Assembly (NCBI RefSeq): GCF_032444005.1
Contig: NC_091285.1
Location: 411,184,001 to 411,248,000, forward strand
Source of the DNA: Ranitomeya imitator
Lineage: Eukaryota
Length of the DNA stretch: 64,000 nt
Direction: 5' to 3'
A program made the translations under genes and the position numbers. Below, piece after piece: positions 34,141 to 46,135 of the stretch (position 1 is its first letter; each line of letters starts with the position of its first letter). The notes below the pieces were generated by a model that was given only the letters and a program-made list of their open reading frames with translations, did no database searches and was not told the DNA's origin.

Positions 34141-36579
34141 TATGATCGGCCAAAAATGATCTAACATGCCAGCTCTGTTTTTTGAACTATAACAAACATT
34201 AGTCAGTAGGCCAGGGGTGAGGAACCTTTCTTCTGCCAAGGGCCACTTTGATATTTATAACATCAGTGTAAGGGAAGGCATAAAACATTTGTTTACGTCT
34301 GCCATCCATATAACTCATACAACACAAAGGGCATAAAATCTATCCTTCTATAACATTTCAAAACACTCTTTTTCAGTGATTACTTTGTATTTCCGTTCAT
34401 ACTGCACCCACACACAAATGATACACCATTTGAAAGGTAAATTTGCCCCCTTCAGCAAGAAAATAGCCAAACAAACCACACATCCACGATGTGATCACAA
34501 AATACACTTAAAACATTAATTTTCATAAACCTGCAATAAGGAAAAATGACCTGTAGATGGCTCCACACTACCCCAAAGCACACTACCCCAAAGATGAAAC
34601 AAATCCTAACATTTGTCTTGGGGGCTTTCCAGCTTGCCGAACTCCTTGCCCAGCCGATTTCAGGCAGGTACATATAAAATATTTGCTACATATGTGGAAG
34701 TAGAATAAAAGTAAAACTTTACCCTAAGACTTCTGATTTAAAACTGAAGATATAAATGAATGCAGCCTAAAAGGGACCTGACAGGTTCTGAACCATCAGA
34801 TTTTCCGTATTATTGGACAGTCATATAAAAGTCTCTCTTCCTTCTAAGGTTGCAGCTTATTGGTGACCTGGAGTCACCTCTGGTTCCAAGTAAAAAACTG
34901 CAGCTTGACATAATTCAGACTGTACATTGTTTCCTGATGGGAGAGATTGGTGGAAACAACCTTGCAAAAAGTGGAAAAAAAAATCCAACCGTAGTGAAAA
35001 AAAAGGTAAAATAATCTGCAGATATTACTTTTCTTTTTAAAGAGATAGTCCCAATTATTATATAATGGTGTAAATACACTCAGTCATGGGGTCAATTCTC
35101 CTTTATCATTTTTACTGTCAAAGTGGCACTGCTGTACAGGGAGCTGCTCTGTTCACATACAAAGGGCTGTGTTGCACTTCTCTACACTGCAGATAGATGG
35201 CAGTGCTGCTGTGGAGGGGAAAAGATGCTGCTGCCCCTGTTCTTTTGCAAGGTCCTGGCAATCAGACCCCTTCTGATCAGTAAGTAAAATACCATTATGT
35301 TTAATGTTGGGGGATCTCCTTTAGGCTGACGTCACACACAACTTATAAAATATTGGTCCGTTTTACAAGGACGAGAATCGCAGAAATGTTCTCTGAACAG
35401 TGATCCGTATGTCATCAGTGTGCTATGCGAATATTCGATTTTCTCGCATGTAAGCATCCGTGTGACATCCGTATGGCCAGATTTTCTCAGCGGCTTGCAA
35501 AATGGACATATAATGGATCCAGGGGCTTAAATATTCATGAAAACATACATATATATATATATGTGTCAGTGAGACACATACAGTACCTCTCTGTGTTCAT
35601 CATCTCATTAACTACATTTACATTTGACCAGCTTAATTTTCCTGAAATTGCATGCGCCCCCGACAACTAATGTGCAAAAATTTTGCATGGGCCAACTAGT
35701 TTACTCTTATTTCAGGAACTCAGAACCAGGGGGGCGTTCCTTGAGACTAGGGTGTCATTTGTGATGCCTCATCTGGTGAGTGCGAGCTTCAAAGCTGGGC
35801 AAATGGTCTAGTGTGGCCAGGCTGGACATTCCGTATCTACTATAGAGAGTGGGTGGTTGGAAGAAACAAAGTGTTTAATATACAAGTGGCTCACACCTAA
35901 TAAGTCCACGGTCCAGTTACAGGACAGATTTTAATGTGACAATCTAGGCTGACCTGGAAACCAGGCATATAAAAGAAGGAAAGGTGTTTGCATGTGGGGG
36001 TCAGCTTCAGCCGGATGTGAGCCATAATCCCTTTCTCCTACCCTCAAGGAAACAGAAGAATAACTTTAGGCGTAAATGTTTCTGTTATTTCTCCATTTTT
36101 ATTTTATACTTGTTTTGCATATTTGTGTGTCACTATTTTTTTACCTTTTCTTGTAAACACTGTACTTTTTATATTGAAGCTTAAAACTTTAATATGTTTT
36201 GTGCTTGTTTGCTGTAAAGAATCCATAGCCTTTCAGAGAGTGTGAGGTCTTTTGACTGTTGGACAGTAATATTTATTTTGGGGACTCATCACTCCATGTG
36301 TTTGATGAGTGGTAGCAGCGTGCTGTGTATCTTGGGTGTGTTGCTTGTGTTGGAGTGTGATTTATGCTCAATATACAGCTTATAACAGAAGTTGAGTGCA
36401 AGATTGAGTGAGAGGAGAAATTAATCATTGTAGTCGCACCCCACTTCACATGCTTAGAAGTGTGTAGATGACATTCAGTTGTGGACCGCACAAAATTTTC
36501 AACTTGAAAATTATTTATTGTGGTCCAACCACAATAAAGTGCTGTTTTTTTCACTTACCAGTGGTGAGTGACGCCCTTA

Positions 36580-37366
36580 GGCCGGGGTCACACTAGCGTA
36601 TTGCATCGGATGCGAGATCATCGGATGCGATATGCTAATGACACTCGGCTCCTGCTCGCAGCAGAGCAGGAGCCGAGTGTCATGCGTCTGTGCTCCGATT
36701 CTCTCGCTCAGGGAGGATCGGAGCACAGCTGCGGAGGAGGCGGAGAAATGAATTTCTCCATCTCCTCCATTGCTGGGGTCCGCTTAGGCTACGTTCACAT
36801 TAGCGTTGCGCCGCCCTGCGTCGGCGACGCAACGCGCGACGCACGGAAAAACGCGCGCAAACGCGTGCAAAAACGCGCGCGTTTTGCGACGCGTGCGTCG
36901 TTTTTGACGAAAATCGGACGCACAGAAAATGCAACTTGTTGCATTTTCTTGCGTCCGACGCTAGCGTCGGAAACGACGCACGTGGCGAAAAACGCCACCC
37001 AAAAAACGCACGCGTCCCCTATGTTAAACATAGGGGCGCGTCGCCGCTGCGTCGCCGCTGCGTCGCCGACGCAACAGCGGCGCAACGCTAATGTGAACGT
37101 AGCCTTATAGCGCACATCACTCGGATGTTATCCGAGTGGTGTACGCTGTCTCACTCGCACCCATAGGCTTATATGGGTGCGAGTGAGCCGAGAGTTTTCC
37201 TCAGTCCGAGACAATGCAGCATGCTGAGATTGTCTCTGACCGAGGAAAACGGCCGACAAAAAGTCGGCTGGTGGGAGCTGCCCCATATGGTAACATTGGT
37301 CCGAGTGCAATGCGATTTTTTATCGCATTGCACTCGGCCGTATTACGGTCTAGTGTGACCCCGGCC
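36580..37366. mobile_element. Harbinger-type MITE with a nested MITE
   Basis: TTA|GGCCGGGGTCACACTAG ... CTAGTGTGACCCCGGCC|TTA. Confidence 0.9.
36787..37104. mobile_element. Nested palindromic Harbinger-type MITE
   Basis: TTA|GGCTACGTTCACATTAGCGTTGCG ... CGCAACGCTAATGTGAACGTAGCC|TTA (24-bp perfect TIR). Confidence 0.9.
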
Positions 37367-37623
37367 TTATTCACATCTTCATGCTTTTGCTCAGAATTTG
37401 CTAAGGCTTTATCTTAAAGCAAGCACCACTACGTCTGGTAATCCACGATTAATGTTTGCCAATATTTCTGCCTTTTATTTAGCATATATATTACATAGTT
37501 GACACTGGGGCTGGAACATATACATCACGGAGGAGATACTGGGCTGGAGCATACACATCACATAAGAGACACTGGGACTGGTGTATATACAACACATAGG
37601 AGACACTGAAACAGATGTACATA

Positions 37624-37687
37624 GTGGGATTAGAACCCAGGATCCCAGCGCTGCAAGGCTGCAGTGCTATCCACTGAGCCACCATGC
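37624..37687 (-). mobile_element. tRNA-derived SINE head
   Basis: GCATGGTGGCTCAGTGGATAGCACTGCAGCCTTGCAGCGCTGGGATCCTGGGTTCTAATCCCAC, with Pol III box A and box B-like motifs. Confidence 0.7.
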
Positions 37688-37699
37688 TCAGGATGTTCA

Positions 37700-37943
37700 T
37701 TCAGTTGTTTAATTTTATACAAAAAAAGCAGATCACAGATATGGCACACAACTAAAATCATTTCAAATGGCAACTTTCTGGCTTTAAGAAACACTAAAAG
37801 AAATCACGAACAAAAAATGTGGTAGTCAGTAATGGTTACTTTTTGTAACTTTTGTGTCTGTGATCTGCTTTTTTTCTACAAAATTAAACAACTGAATGAA
37901 TATCTTCCAAGGACGGTGATTCCATAATTTTTGCCAGGGGTTG
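37700..37943 (-). mobile_element. Tc1-like terminal fragment
   Basis: Minus strand starts TA|CAACCCCTGGCAAAAATTATGGAATCACC. Confidence 0.65.
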
Positions 37944-39036
37944 TACAACACATAGGAAACACAGGGACAGATGTATATACATCACATAGGAGACACTGGG
38001 GCTGGAACATATAAATCACATACCAGACACTGTGACTGCTGCCTGGAAAGGGACAGAAGTGCAGAGCGCAATAACTCTGCCTGCAAAAAAAGGTCCTGAA
38101 ACTGGCTCTGGCCAGCATCAAGACGTCATCCTTGATTACATGAGCTACAGTGTTCTGATGACTGGAAACGAGTGGCCGCAGAGAGAGTAAACCTTCATTT
38201 TCTCACTGTGAATGATGCTCCAGTACACCAGCCAGCTTTAATTGAAATGCTATTTACCGGCAAATTACCACTATGGCTCGAGGTGGACAGAGTTTCTGTT
38301 GCTGACAAATTCCCTTTTATTCATCTCACTATTTCACTACTATTTGTATTGTTAATTCATCGTTTTAAATGCATAAAAAATCCAGAAAAGGTGAAAAGAA
38401 ACCAAGAGTCCTCAGGTAGTACAATTTGTTGTTTGCAGTGTAATTTCTGGGCTGGGCAAATCAATACAGAATAAAAATACAAAAGGGACGATTTGAGGTG
38501 TCAAATTTACAGTTGGTTCCTGTTAAAATCTCAGATGCGTGGCATCATAAAAGATTAGGAAAAAAGGGTAGGAGGATAATAATGCCATTGAAACATCAAG
38601 TATTTTACCACTCTGTCATCGTTCCATGTTTAACTTTAATGCTGATGTCAAGACCGGGTGGTTGCCTACGTTTTACTTATGGACTGAAAGTCTATATTTT
38701 ATGCTACCTCGTTTTATTCCCAATTTACCCAAACAATACATTTTTAGTCTCTGTGTGGTAGATTGCCTTTAGGAGATTTTACGATGTCATTACAGCAATG
38801 CTAGGTTATACATTTTGAGCTATTCACATTTTTGGCAATTCTTCACAATGTACTCAAGGAGATCCAGTTACAACCAAAGAAATGCATATTCTATTCCTAA
38901 AAAATACCTTTAAATTCAATTGTTTCCAATGTTTCTGATCTAACTTACAACATAAAATATGCATTAATATTAACAGTTCATTTCTAGAACATTTTAGTAT
39001 ATGGCACCAAGTGATCATTGTAGATTTTGGTTGAAA

Positions 39037-39273
39037 TTATTTCTTTTTCTTTCCTTTTCCCTTCTTCCCTTTCTTTTTTGGAGCCGCAGACCAACTAAAT
39101 CCACGAAATTCCAAGCAGTCCACCGCATTATGGGAGATGTAGTAAGCATTCAGCATGGCGGCTGGACTAAGGATGTCCACTTCAGGTTTAGGTTGCTTAC
39201 TCTTCTTTGACTTTTTTGACTTCTTTCCTTTGCGGGACTTTGCTGAGCCCTTGGATTTGGCACTTTTTGTCGG
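39037..39273 (-). CDS. smkr1: Small lysine-rich protein 1, main coding exon
   Basis: Acceptor TTTTATGCTTTCAG, then [78 protein letters not shown]; the core matches human SMKR1 [27 protein letters not shown] as recalled. Confidence 0.92.
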   Translation of the reverse strand, partial: PTKSAKSKGSAKSRKGKKSKKSKKSKQPKPEVDILSPAAMLNAYYISHNAVDCLEFRGFSWSAAPKKKGKKGKGKKKK

Positions 39274-39902
39274 CTGAAAGCATAAAATTAATTCAGTATA
39301 ATATGAACGCTAACATTACCTACAGTACTGTAGCATTTTGGGAAATGACAGGACACACAGCTTATCTCCACTTATAACATAGGGGCAGATGTTAAGATTT
39401 AACATGCTGATCCTCTCCCACCCCCGAAAGACTAATGTGTACGGAAGTAGCGTAGCTACCAGGGGGGCAGAGGGTGCGGTCGCCCCGGGCCCGGAGCTCA
39501 GAGGGGGCCCACCTGGAGCTACGCTACCCTCAACTATATTAGCCTGCTGTGCACGCCACATAGTTAAGCTCTGCGGTAAAGCAGGGACATAATCTGCCTG
39601 CACTGCCGCGGTCTGTTCTGTAGAGGAGCATGTGCCGGGGGATGCTGGGTGCCGGCACTGTAACTGCTGCCTCCAGCATACTGCAGACCACATTGCTGGC
39701 TGTGTGGTGTCTGCTGAAGAGACTTCAGGAAGCTGCTTCTTCCCTGAGCCCTGCATAGAGGAGCAGGACAGGAGACCGGACGGAGTAGGAGCTCAGGCTG
39801 CAGGTGGCTGTATCCGGGCCGGGGGTGACTGCACTGTGCAGTGAGGAGGAGGCAGGACACTGTTCCCCTCCGGACGAGTCCTAGGATTCTTGCATCCGTT
39901 TT

Positions 39903-40467
39903 GCTCTCTCAGTCTCTCTCTCTGTCTCTCAGTCTCTCTGTCAGTCTCGCTCTCTCTCTCTCTCTGTATCTCTCAGTTTCTCAGTCTCTGTCAGTCTCAG
40001 TCTCTCTCTATCTCTCTCAGTCTCTCTCTGTCTCTCTCTCTCAGTCTGTCTGTCTCTGTCAGTCTCTGTCACTCTCTCTGTCTATCTCAGTCTCTCTCTC
40101 TCTGTCTCGCTCTCTCTGTCTCGCTCTCTCTCAGTCTTTCTCTCGCTCTCTCTCAGTCTCTGTCTCTGTCAGTCTCTGTCACTCTCTCTGTCTATCTCAG
40201 TCTCTCTCTGTCTTGCTCTCTCTGTCTCGCTCTCTCTCAGTCTCGCTCTCTCTCAGTCTCGCTCTCTCTCAGTCTTTCTCTCGCTCTCTCTCAGTCTCTG
40301 TCTCTGTCAGTCTCTGTCACTCTCTCTGTCTATCTCAGTCTCTCTCTCTGTCTTGCTCTCTCTGTCTCGCTCTCTCTCAGTCTCGCTCTCTCTCAGTCTC
40401 TGTCTCTGTCAGTCTCTGTCACTCTCTCTGTCTATCTCAGTCTCTCTCAGTCTCTCTCTCTCTCTTG
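39903..40467. repeat. (CT)-rich compound microsatellite with higher-order repetition
   Basis: CTCT/CAGT/CTGT/CTCG blocks repeated at roughly 120-bp periodicity. Confidence 0.9.
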
Positions 40468-40869
40468 TAATGTGGTCCTGTAGCCGGGGTCCGGGTCCTA
40501 TCAGTCCAGTGTCTGTGTCATCACATATCAGTAAATACAAGATGACAAGCATGAAAATGCCATTTATATAAACAATAAAAATTACCATAAAGTTAAGGAT
40601 AAACATAAATATGATAAAGAGCCAAATAGAGTAAAAATGGGAGCAGCGAGTAGGTGAATATAGGCAATCAGGTAAAGATGCCTATGTATACTCAGTCTGA
40701 ATAACATGGCCCGCAAAGGGGGAGAAGGGAAAAAAGAAGAAATGACGTACAGGGGGGCGCACTTTCTTCTTTACATGTGTAATATTTTACCTCCCCCTCT
40801 TTCTTCTGCTTCCCTCTTTCTTTCCATTCCCCTCTTTAGGGTCTTGTCCAGACAAGAGTATTCCTTTTA

Positions 40870-41066
40870 GGCCATGTTCATTCACACCAGCAGTATTTGG
40901 TCAGTATTTTACCTCAGTATTTGTAGCCAAAACCAGGAGTGAGTGATAAATGCAGAAGTGGTGCATATGTTTCTCTTATACTTTTCCTCTAATTGTTCCA
41001 CTCCTCATTTTGGCTACAAATACGGATGTAAAATACTGACCAAATACTGATAGTGTGATCGTAGCC
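40870..41066. mobile_element. Small Harbinger-type MITE
   Basis: TTA flanks; internal palindrome CAGTATTTGGTCAGTATTTTAC / GTAAAATACTGACCAAATACTG. Confidence 0.7.
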
Positions 41067-41719
41067 TTAGGGTTACCTGGATGCATTCAGGGACCTATTC
41101 CCATATGATGGACTCCATACGCATTTACTGGTTGTTTTTATTTTCTGCAATTTGCAGCCCACAGAAAGGGACAGAGACAACAATCCAAGGGAGATAAAGT
41201 GGATGCCATTACACAACTTGGGAGCTAATTCGGGGCCCATTATACAACGTGGGGGCTAATGCAGGGGCCATTATACATTTTCGATTACAGCAGGATCATC
41301 TGCTGAGGTTCCCCTATACCCATGATTAAAGTGTGCCACCATAGTTGTAATCAAGGATTAGGGGCCCACTTAGATGGTTTGCCCCCCATGAGCTGAACCC
41401 CTAGCTACGCCTCTGGTGTACGGGGTCCTCAAGGCTTAATTCACATGTCCAAAAATCATCCGTTAGAACAGATCCATCAGCAATCTGATGACAAAAAACT
41501 TGTACAGACACAACTTTTTTGTCCGGGTGAAAAAAATTGATTTCAACTGGATCAGTTTTTTAAAAAAAAACATTCAAATCTATGGAAAACGGATCCGTGA
41601 AATAGCCATCCATTGTTCTTTCATTTGAAAAGGATCTGTTTTTTGCTTACTGGATGAGTTCAAGTAGATGATTACTTGAAAGTTCACATGCCCAGTAGCA
41701 TATGTTAAATGTTTATTTT

Positions 41720-44022
41720 CTAATATGGTGTCATCTGGGGGGTTTCCGCTGATCTGTCATCTCAGGGGCTCAGCTAATGGAGCCCACAATCTATTAAAAC
41801 GAATTCTACATTCTATGAGCCAAATAGCGCTCCTTCCCATCCGATCCCTGCCATGTACTCAAACAGTAGTGTACAACCACATATGGGGTATTGCCACATT
41901 CAGGAGAAATTACATAAATTGTTGGGTCCAATTTCTCCTATTACCCCTCTTGTAAAATATAAATTTGGCGCTAAAACAGTATTTTAGTGGAAAAAAATAT
42001 TTTTTTCGTTCTCACATCTAAATGTTATAAAGGTTGGTGAATCACCTGTAGGTTAATATTGCACAGTACATCCTTAGATGAATTCATTGAGGGGGTCTAG
42101 TGTCCAAAATGGGTTCACTTGTAGGGGGTTTCTGCTATTTTCACCTGTCAGGGGCTCTCCAAATGCGACATGGCATTCACAATCTATTCCAGGCAAATAG
42201 CACTCTTTCCTTTCAAAGCCCTACATATGCCCAAACAGAAGTTTTTGACCAAATATGGGGTATCATTGCATTTGGGAAAAAGTGCGTAACAAATTATGAC
42301 GTACGTTTTCTCCTGTTATCCATCGTAAAAAGTACAAATTTGGGGCTAAAACAAAATTTTTGTGTAAAAAAAAATGAAAATGTTCAATATGACGACCTAA
42401 TGTTCTCAAATTCTGTGTAGTACCTGTGGGTTCAAAATGCTCATTAAACCCGCTGGATAAAATCCTTGAGGGATGGAGTTTCCAAAATGCCACTTGTGGG
42501 GGATTTCCTCTGTTTAGGCATATCAGAGGCTCTCCTAACGCAACGTGGGGCCTGCAGACCATTCCGTCAAAAGGTCCCCGTCATGCGCCCAAATAATGGT
42601 TTTCCTCCACATATGGGGTAGCGGAATAGTCAGGAGAAATGGCACAACAAATCTTGAGGTCCATTTTCTCCTGCTACCCTTGCTAAAATAAAAAAATGAG
42701 GCCTAAAAGTACATTTTTTGTGGGACTTTTTTATTTTTTATTTTGAAGTTTCTATGTTAAAACTTCTGTGGAGCCCCTGGGGGAGGGGGGTTAAGGTGCT
42801 CACCACACATCTAGATACAGTCCTTGATGGGTCTAGTTTCCAAAATGGGGTCACTTGTGTTTTTTTTTTTTCACTCTTTAAGCACAACAGGGGTTCTCAA
42901 AAAGTGACTTTGCATATGCTCTCGATTCCATCCATTTTTGCATTCAAAAAGTCAAACGGTGCTCCTTCCCTTCCAAGCCCTGTCGTGCGCCCAAACAGTA
43001 GTTTTCCCCCCACATATGTGGTATTGGCGTACTCGGGAGAAATCACACAACAAATTTTAGAGTCCAATTTTTCATGTTACCCTTGTGAAAATAAAACATT
43101 TGGGGCTAAAGTAAAGTTTTTGTGAAAAAAAAAGTTAAATGCTGTGTTTTTTTCTTGTGAAGCACTTGAAGGGTTAATACACTTCTTGAATGTGGTTTTG
43201 AGGGCATTGAGGGGTGCAAGTTTTAAGAAAGGTGTCACTTTTGGATATTTTCTGTCATATAAGCCCCCAAAAGGCACTTCTAATGTGATATGGTCTCTAA
43301 TACTATAAAAAATGGTTTTGAAAATGTTGTTTAAAAATTAGAAATTATTGATTAACTTTTAACTTTTCTAACTTCCTAAAAAAAAAATTATGTTTGAAAA
43401 ATAACACAGATGTAAAGTAGACGTGTGGGAAATGTTATTTATTAACTATTTTGTGTGACATAACTCTCTGGTTTAAAGGGACTCTGTCACCTGAATTTGG
43501 AGCGAACAATCTTCAGCCATTGGGGGGGGGGGGGGTTTCGGGTGTTTGATTCTCCCTTTCCTTACCCGCTGGCTGCAATATTGGATTGAAGTTCATTCTC
43601 TGTCCTCCGTAGTACATGCCTGCGCCGGCTGAAGATTACCTTGTGCAGGCATGTACTACGGAGGACAGAGAATGAACTTCAATCCAATATTGCAGCCAGC
43701 ATGCAGCCAGCGGGTAAGGAAAGGGTGAATCAAACATCCGAAAACCCCGCCCCTATGGCTGAAGATTGTTCCCTCCAAATTCAGGTGACAGAGTCCCTTT
43801 AAGGGCATAAGAATTAAAAGTTTGAAAATTGCGACATTTTCACCAAATTCCTTATGTTTTTCACAAATAATCCCAAGTCATATTGGACAGATTTTACCAT
43901 TATTATGCAGTACAATATGTCAAGTTCAGAATCAGTGGGATATGTTGAAGTGTTCCAGAGTTATTACTACATAAAGTGACACTGGTCAGATTTAAAAAAT
44001 TTGGCCTGGTCACTAAGGGGTA
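41720..44022. mobile_element. Older degraded copy of the piggyBac-like ~390-bp-repeat family (right part)
   Basis: Same repeat motifs as 22200-25250; ends ACTGGTCAGA..GGTCACTAAGGGG, like the end at 25735-25795. Confidence 0.7.
43477..43798. mobile_element. Kolobok/T2-type palindromic MITE
   Basis: TTAA|AGGGACTCTGTCACCTGAATTTGGAG ... CTCCAAATTCAGGTGACAGAGTCCCT|TTAA; the paralogous empty site is visible at ~25530. Confidence 0.9.
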
Positions 44023-44548
44023 AAAGGAGTTATCCACTACTGGTAAACTTTTTGAAAATAGGCCTCTTGTGGATCTGATATAGACAATGGTACCTGCCGT
44101 ACCCCTGCTGATCCTTCATACCGCTGCAGGTGTCCACTACCAATTTCCAGGTTACCGCTCTGGTGAAAGCTGTCAGACGTCTACTGTGGCCAATCAATGG
44201 CCGCTGTTTAGCTGCAGATGTCATGTTCCATCCAAGCTGAGAAAGACAGCTAGGAGACTGTTTCTTCTGGCACAGACAGAACATGACCGATGTCAGCTGA
44301 TTTTTTTAACACAATTATGGGCCAATTTTTTAGATGTTTAATAAAAGTGGACAACCCCAATAAAATAAAATATCTTAAAAGAGCTATCTGGCACTTTAAA
44401 TTAAATTGACGGTCTGTCAGTGGGAAGTCTGGCTCTGGTGACCCCCTGCAATCAGCTCTTGAAGAGCCACATTTACTAGGCACAGCTCTGTACTTTTAGT
44501 ACTTGCTGTGCCCAATATTACAACTCGCTACAGCACTATGCCATTTAA

Positions 44549-44950
44549 AGGGAATCCATCAGCAGGTTTTTGCTACCTCGTATGAGAGCAGCTTAATGTT
44601 GGGAAAGAAAAACTGAATTCAACAATGTATCACTTGGTTTACTGGGTGCAGCAGTTATGACACCATCAGAGATTTTAGATTTAGGATGAAGCAGAGCTGA
44701 GGAAGCTAACCACGCCCACACCACAGATAACCCCGCCCACACCAGGCTCTCTGTGTACAAAGTCCATAGATAGTGAGGTGCTTGTCACAAGAGGGGGTGC
44801 CTCCGGACTAATATAGTACGGCAATGTTAGTCTCTTAGTGATAAATCCTTCATAGTTAGTAAACAGCAGCGTGCACTTTGACAAGTGTCAAAGTGTCAAT
44901 CCCCTGCTGTCCTCAGATTACATAGCAAAAAATCTGCTGACAGATTCCCT
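44549..44950. mobile_element. Kolobok/T2-type MITE (diverged)
   Basis: TTAA|AGGGAATCCATCAGCAG ... CTGCTGACAGATTCCCT|ATAA. Confidence 0.7.
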
Positions 44951-45099
44951 ATAAGTAACCAGGTGTCACTGCTGCTTCAAACAGTTGATTGGCGGGAGTA
45001 CTGGAAGTTGTACCCCCACAGAGGTGGCACTGGTGAGCTCTCGTAAGGAGCAACTTGGTATGGGGACATTAGTAAATAAGGAAAAACTTGTCTTATTAC

Positions 45100-45145
45100 C
45101 ATTCTTCTTAGTCCAGAGGTGGCTATCTTTCCATAATATCACCAC
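45100..45145 (-). CDS. smkr1: smkr1 46-nt exon ending in the start codon (ATG at 45102-45100)
   Basis: Polypyrimidine acceptor ..TTTTTTATAG, exon ends AAGAAGAATG|GTAATA; splicing to 39273 gives M-P-T-K in frame. Confidence 0.65.
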
Positions 45146-46025
45146 CTATAAAAAATGCAGAAAAAACAAACAAACTGTTGTAAAACTGTTCCAAGACACG
45201 AGTAATTCTATATTAAAGAGGACCTGTCACTTCCCATAAATGTGTATATATGTAAATATGCTTATATATTTATACTTGGTGTACATGCTGCTGATGTCCT
45301 GGTCCTAAGACATTGTCCCCTATTCCTTGTACATAAATCTAGTCTTGTTAGCCAAGTGGGTGTGGTTCCACCTTTTGTGTATCTACAGGAGGACCACGCA
45401 TTTTTGGCTAGAAAGTCTAGATTTATTGGCAGAAACTAGAGGGTCAGATCTCAGGAACAGAGCGGCACAGAAACAAATAATGACCAGCTCCAGATTCAGG
45501 AGAACTGCCGCATTTACACCGGGTAAAACACCAGGGATTTATGGCAAGTGGGTAACAGAAGCAGGGATATTGGGCATGGAAATCTCCTGAGCCCTGCGCT
45601 GTAGAGACAAATGACGAGTGCGGCATGGTCAGTAGGGTCACAATCCTACAGCGAATCACACAGGGGAGTGAGAGAAGGCGATTTTCTGTACTTGAATCCA
45701 CCTCTTCCATATGTACATGGACAGAGACACCATCTTTTCAATTTTTTTTTAATAAAAAAATATGTACTCCCTGGGAATGTTGCCTAGTAACAGCCCATGT
45801 GACAGCCCCATAATCCCCATGTCTATACTTAGATGGAATTACAGGCACATTTTTTCTCCCAGTCTGACAACCTATGCTCCTGCTATTTGTAGAATGGTGA
45901 CATTGGCGCTACATGACATTAGCAGATTAGCTGCTCCTCCGTCACTGGCCCTCCTAGTGACACAGCATCCGTGGCAGCGGCCTCATGTGACTATGGCGAC
46001 CACCAAGTCATGATCGGCTATCACG

Positions 46026-46130
46026 TCACACTATCGTGGGCGTTAGGTCACACTATCGTGGGCGTTAGGTCACACTATCGTGGGCGTTAGGTCACACTAT
46101 CGTGGGCGTTAGGTCACACTATCGTGGGCG
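46026..46130. repeat. 22-bp tandem repeat, about 5 copies
   Basis: GGTCACACTATCGTGGGCGTTA, identical copies. Confidence 0.9.
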
Positions 46131-46135
46131 TGGTG

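Larger units (their letters stand above)
39445..41415. mobile_element. Non-autonomous hAT element in a smkr1 intron
   Basis: 8-bp TSD GTGTACGG (39437-39444 and 41416-41423); termini AAGTAGCGTAGCTA / TAGCTACGCCTCTG. Confidence 0.85.

Noticed and set aside
35690-36260. Possible LTR fragment
   Set aside because: No clear TG..CA boundaries, TSD or PBS could be established.
37624-37687. tRNA gene
   Set aside because: Only a SINE-type tRNA-derived head; no complete cloverleaf, acceptor stem or terminator.
39841-40483. ~200-aa Ser/Leu-rich ORFs
   Set aside because: CT microsatellite read-through.
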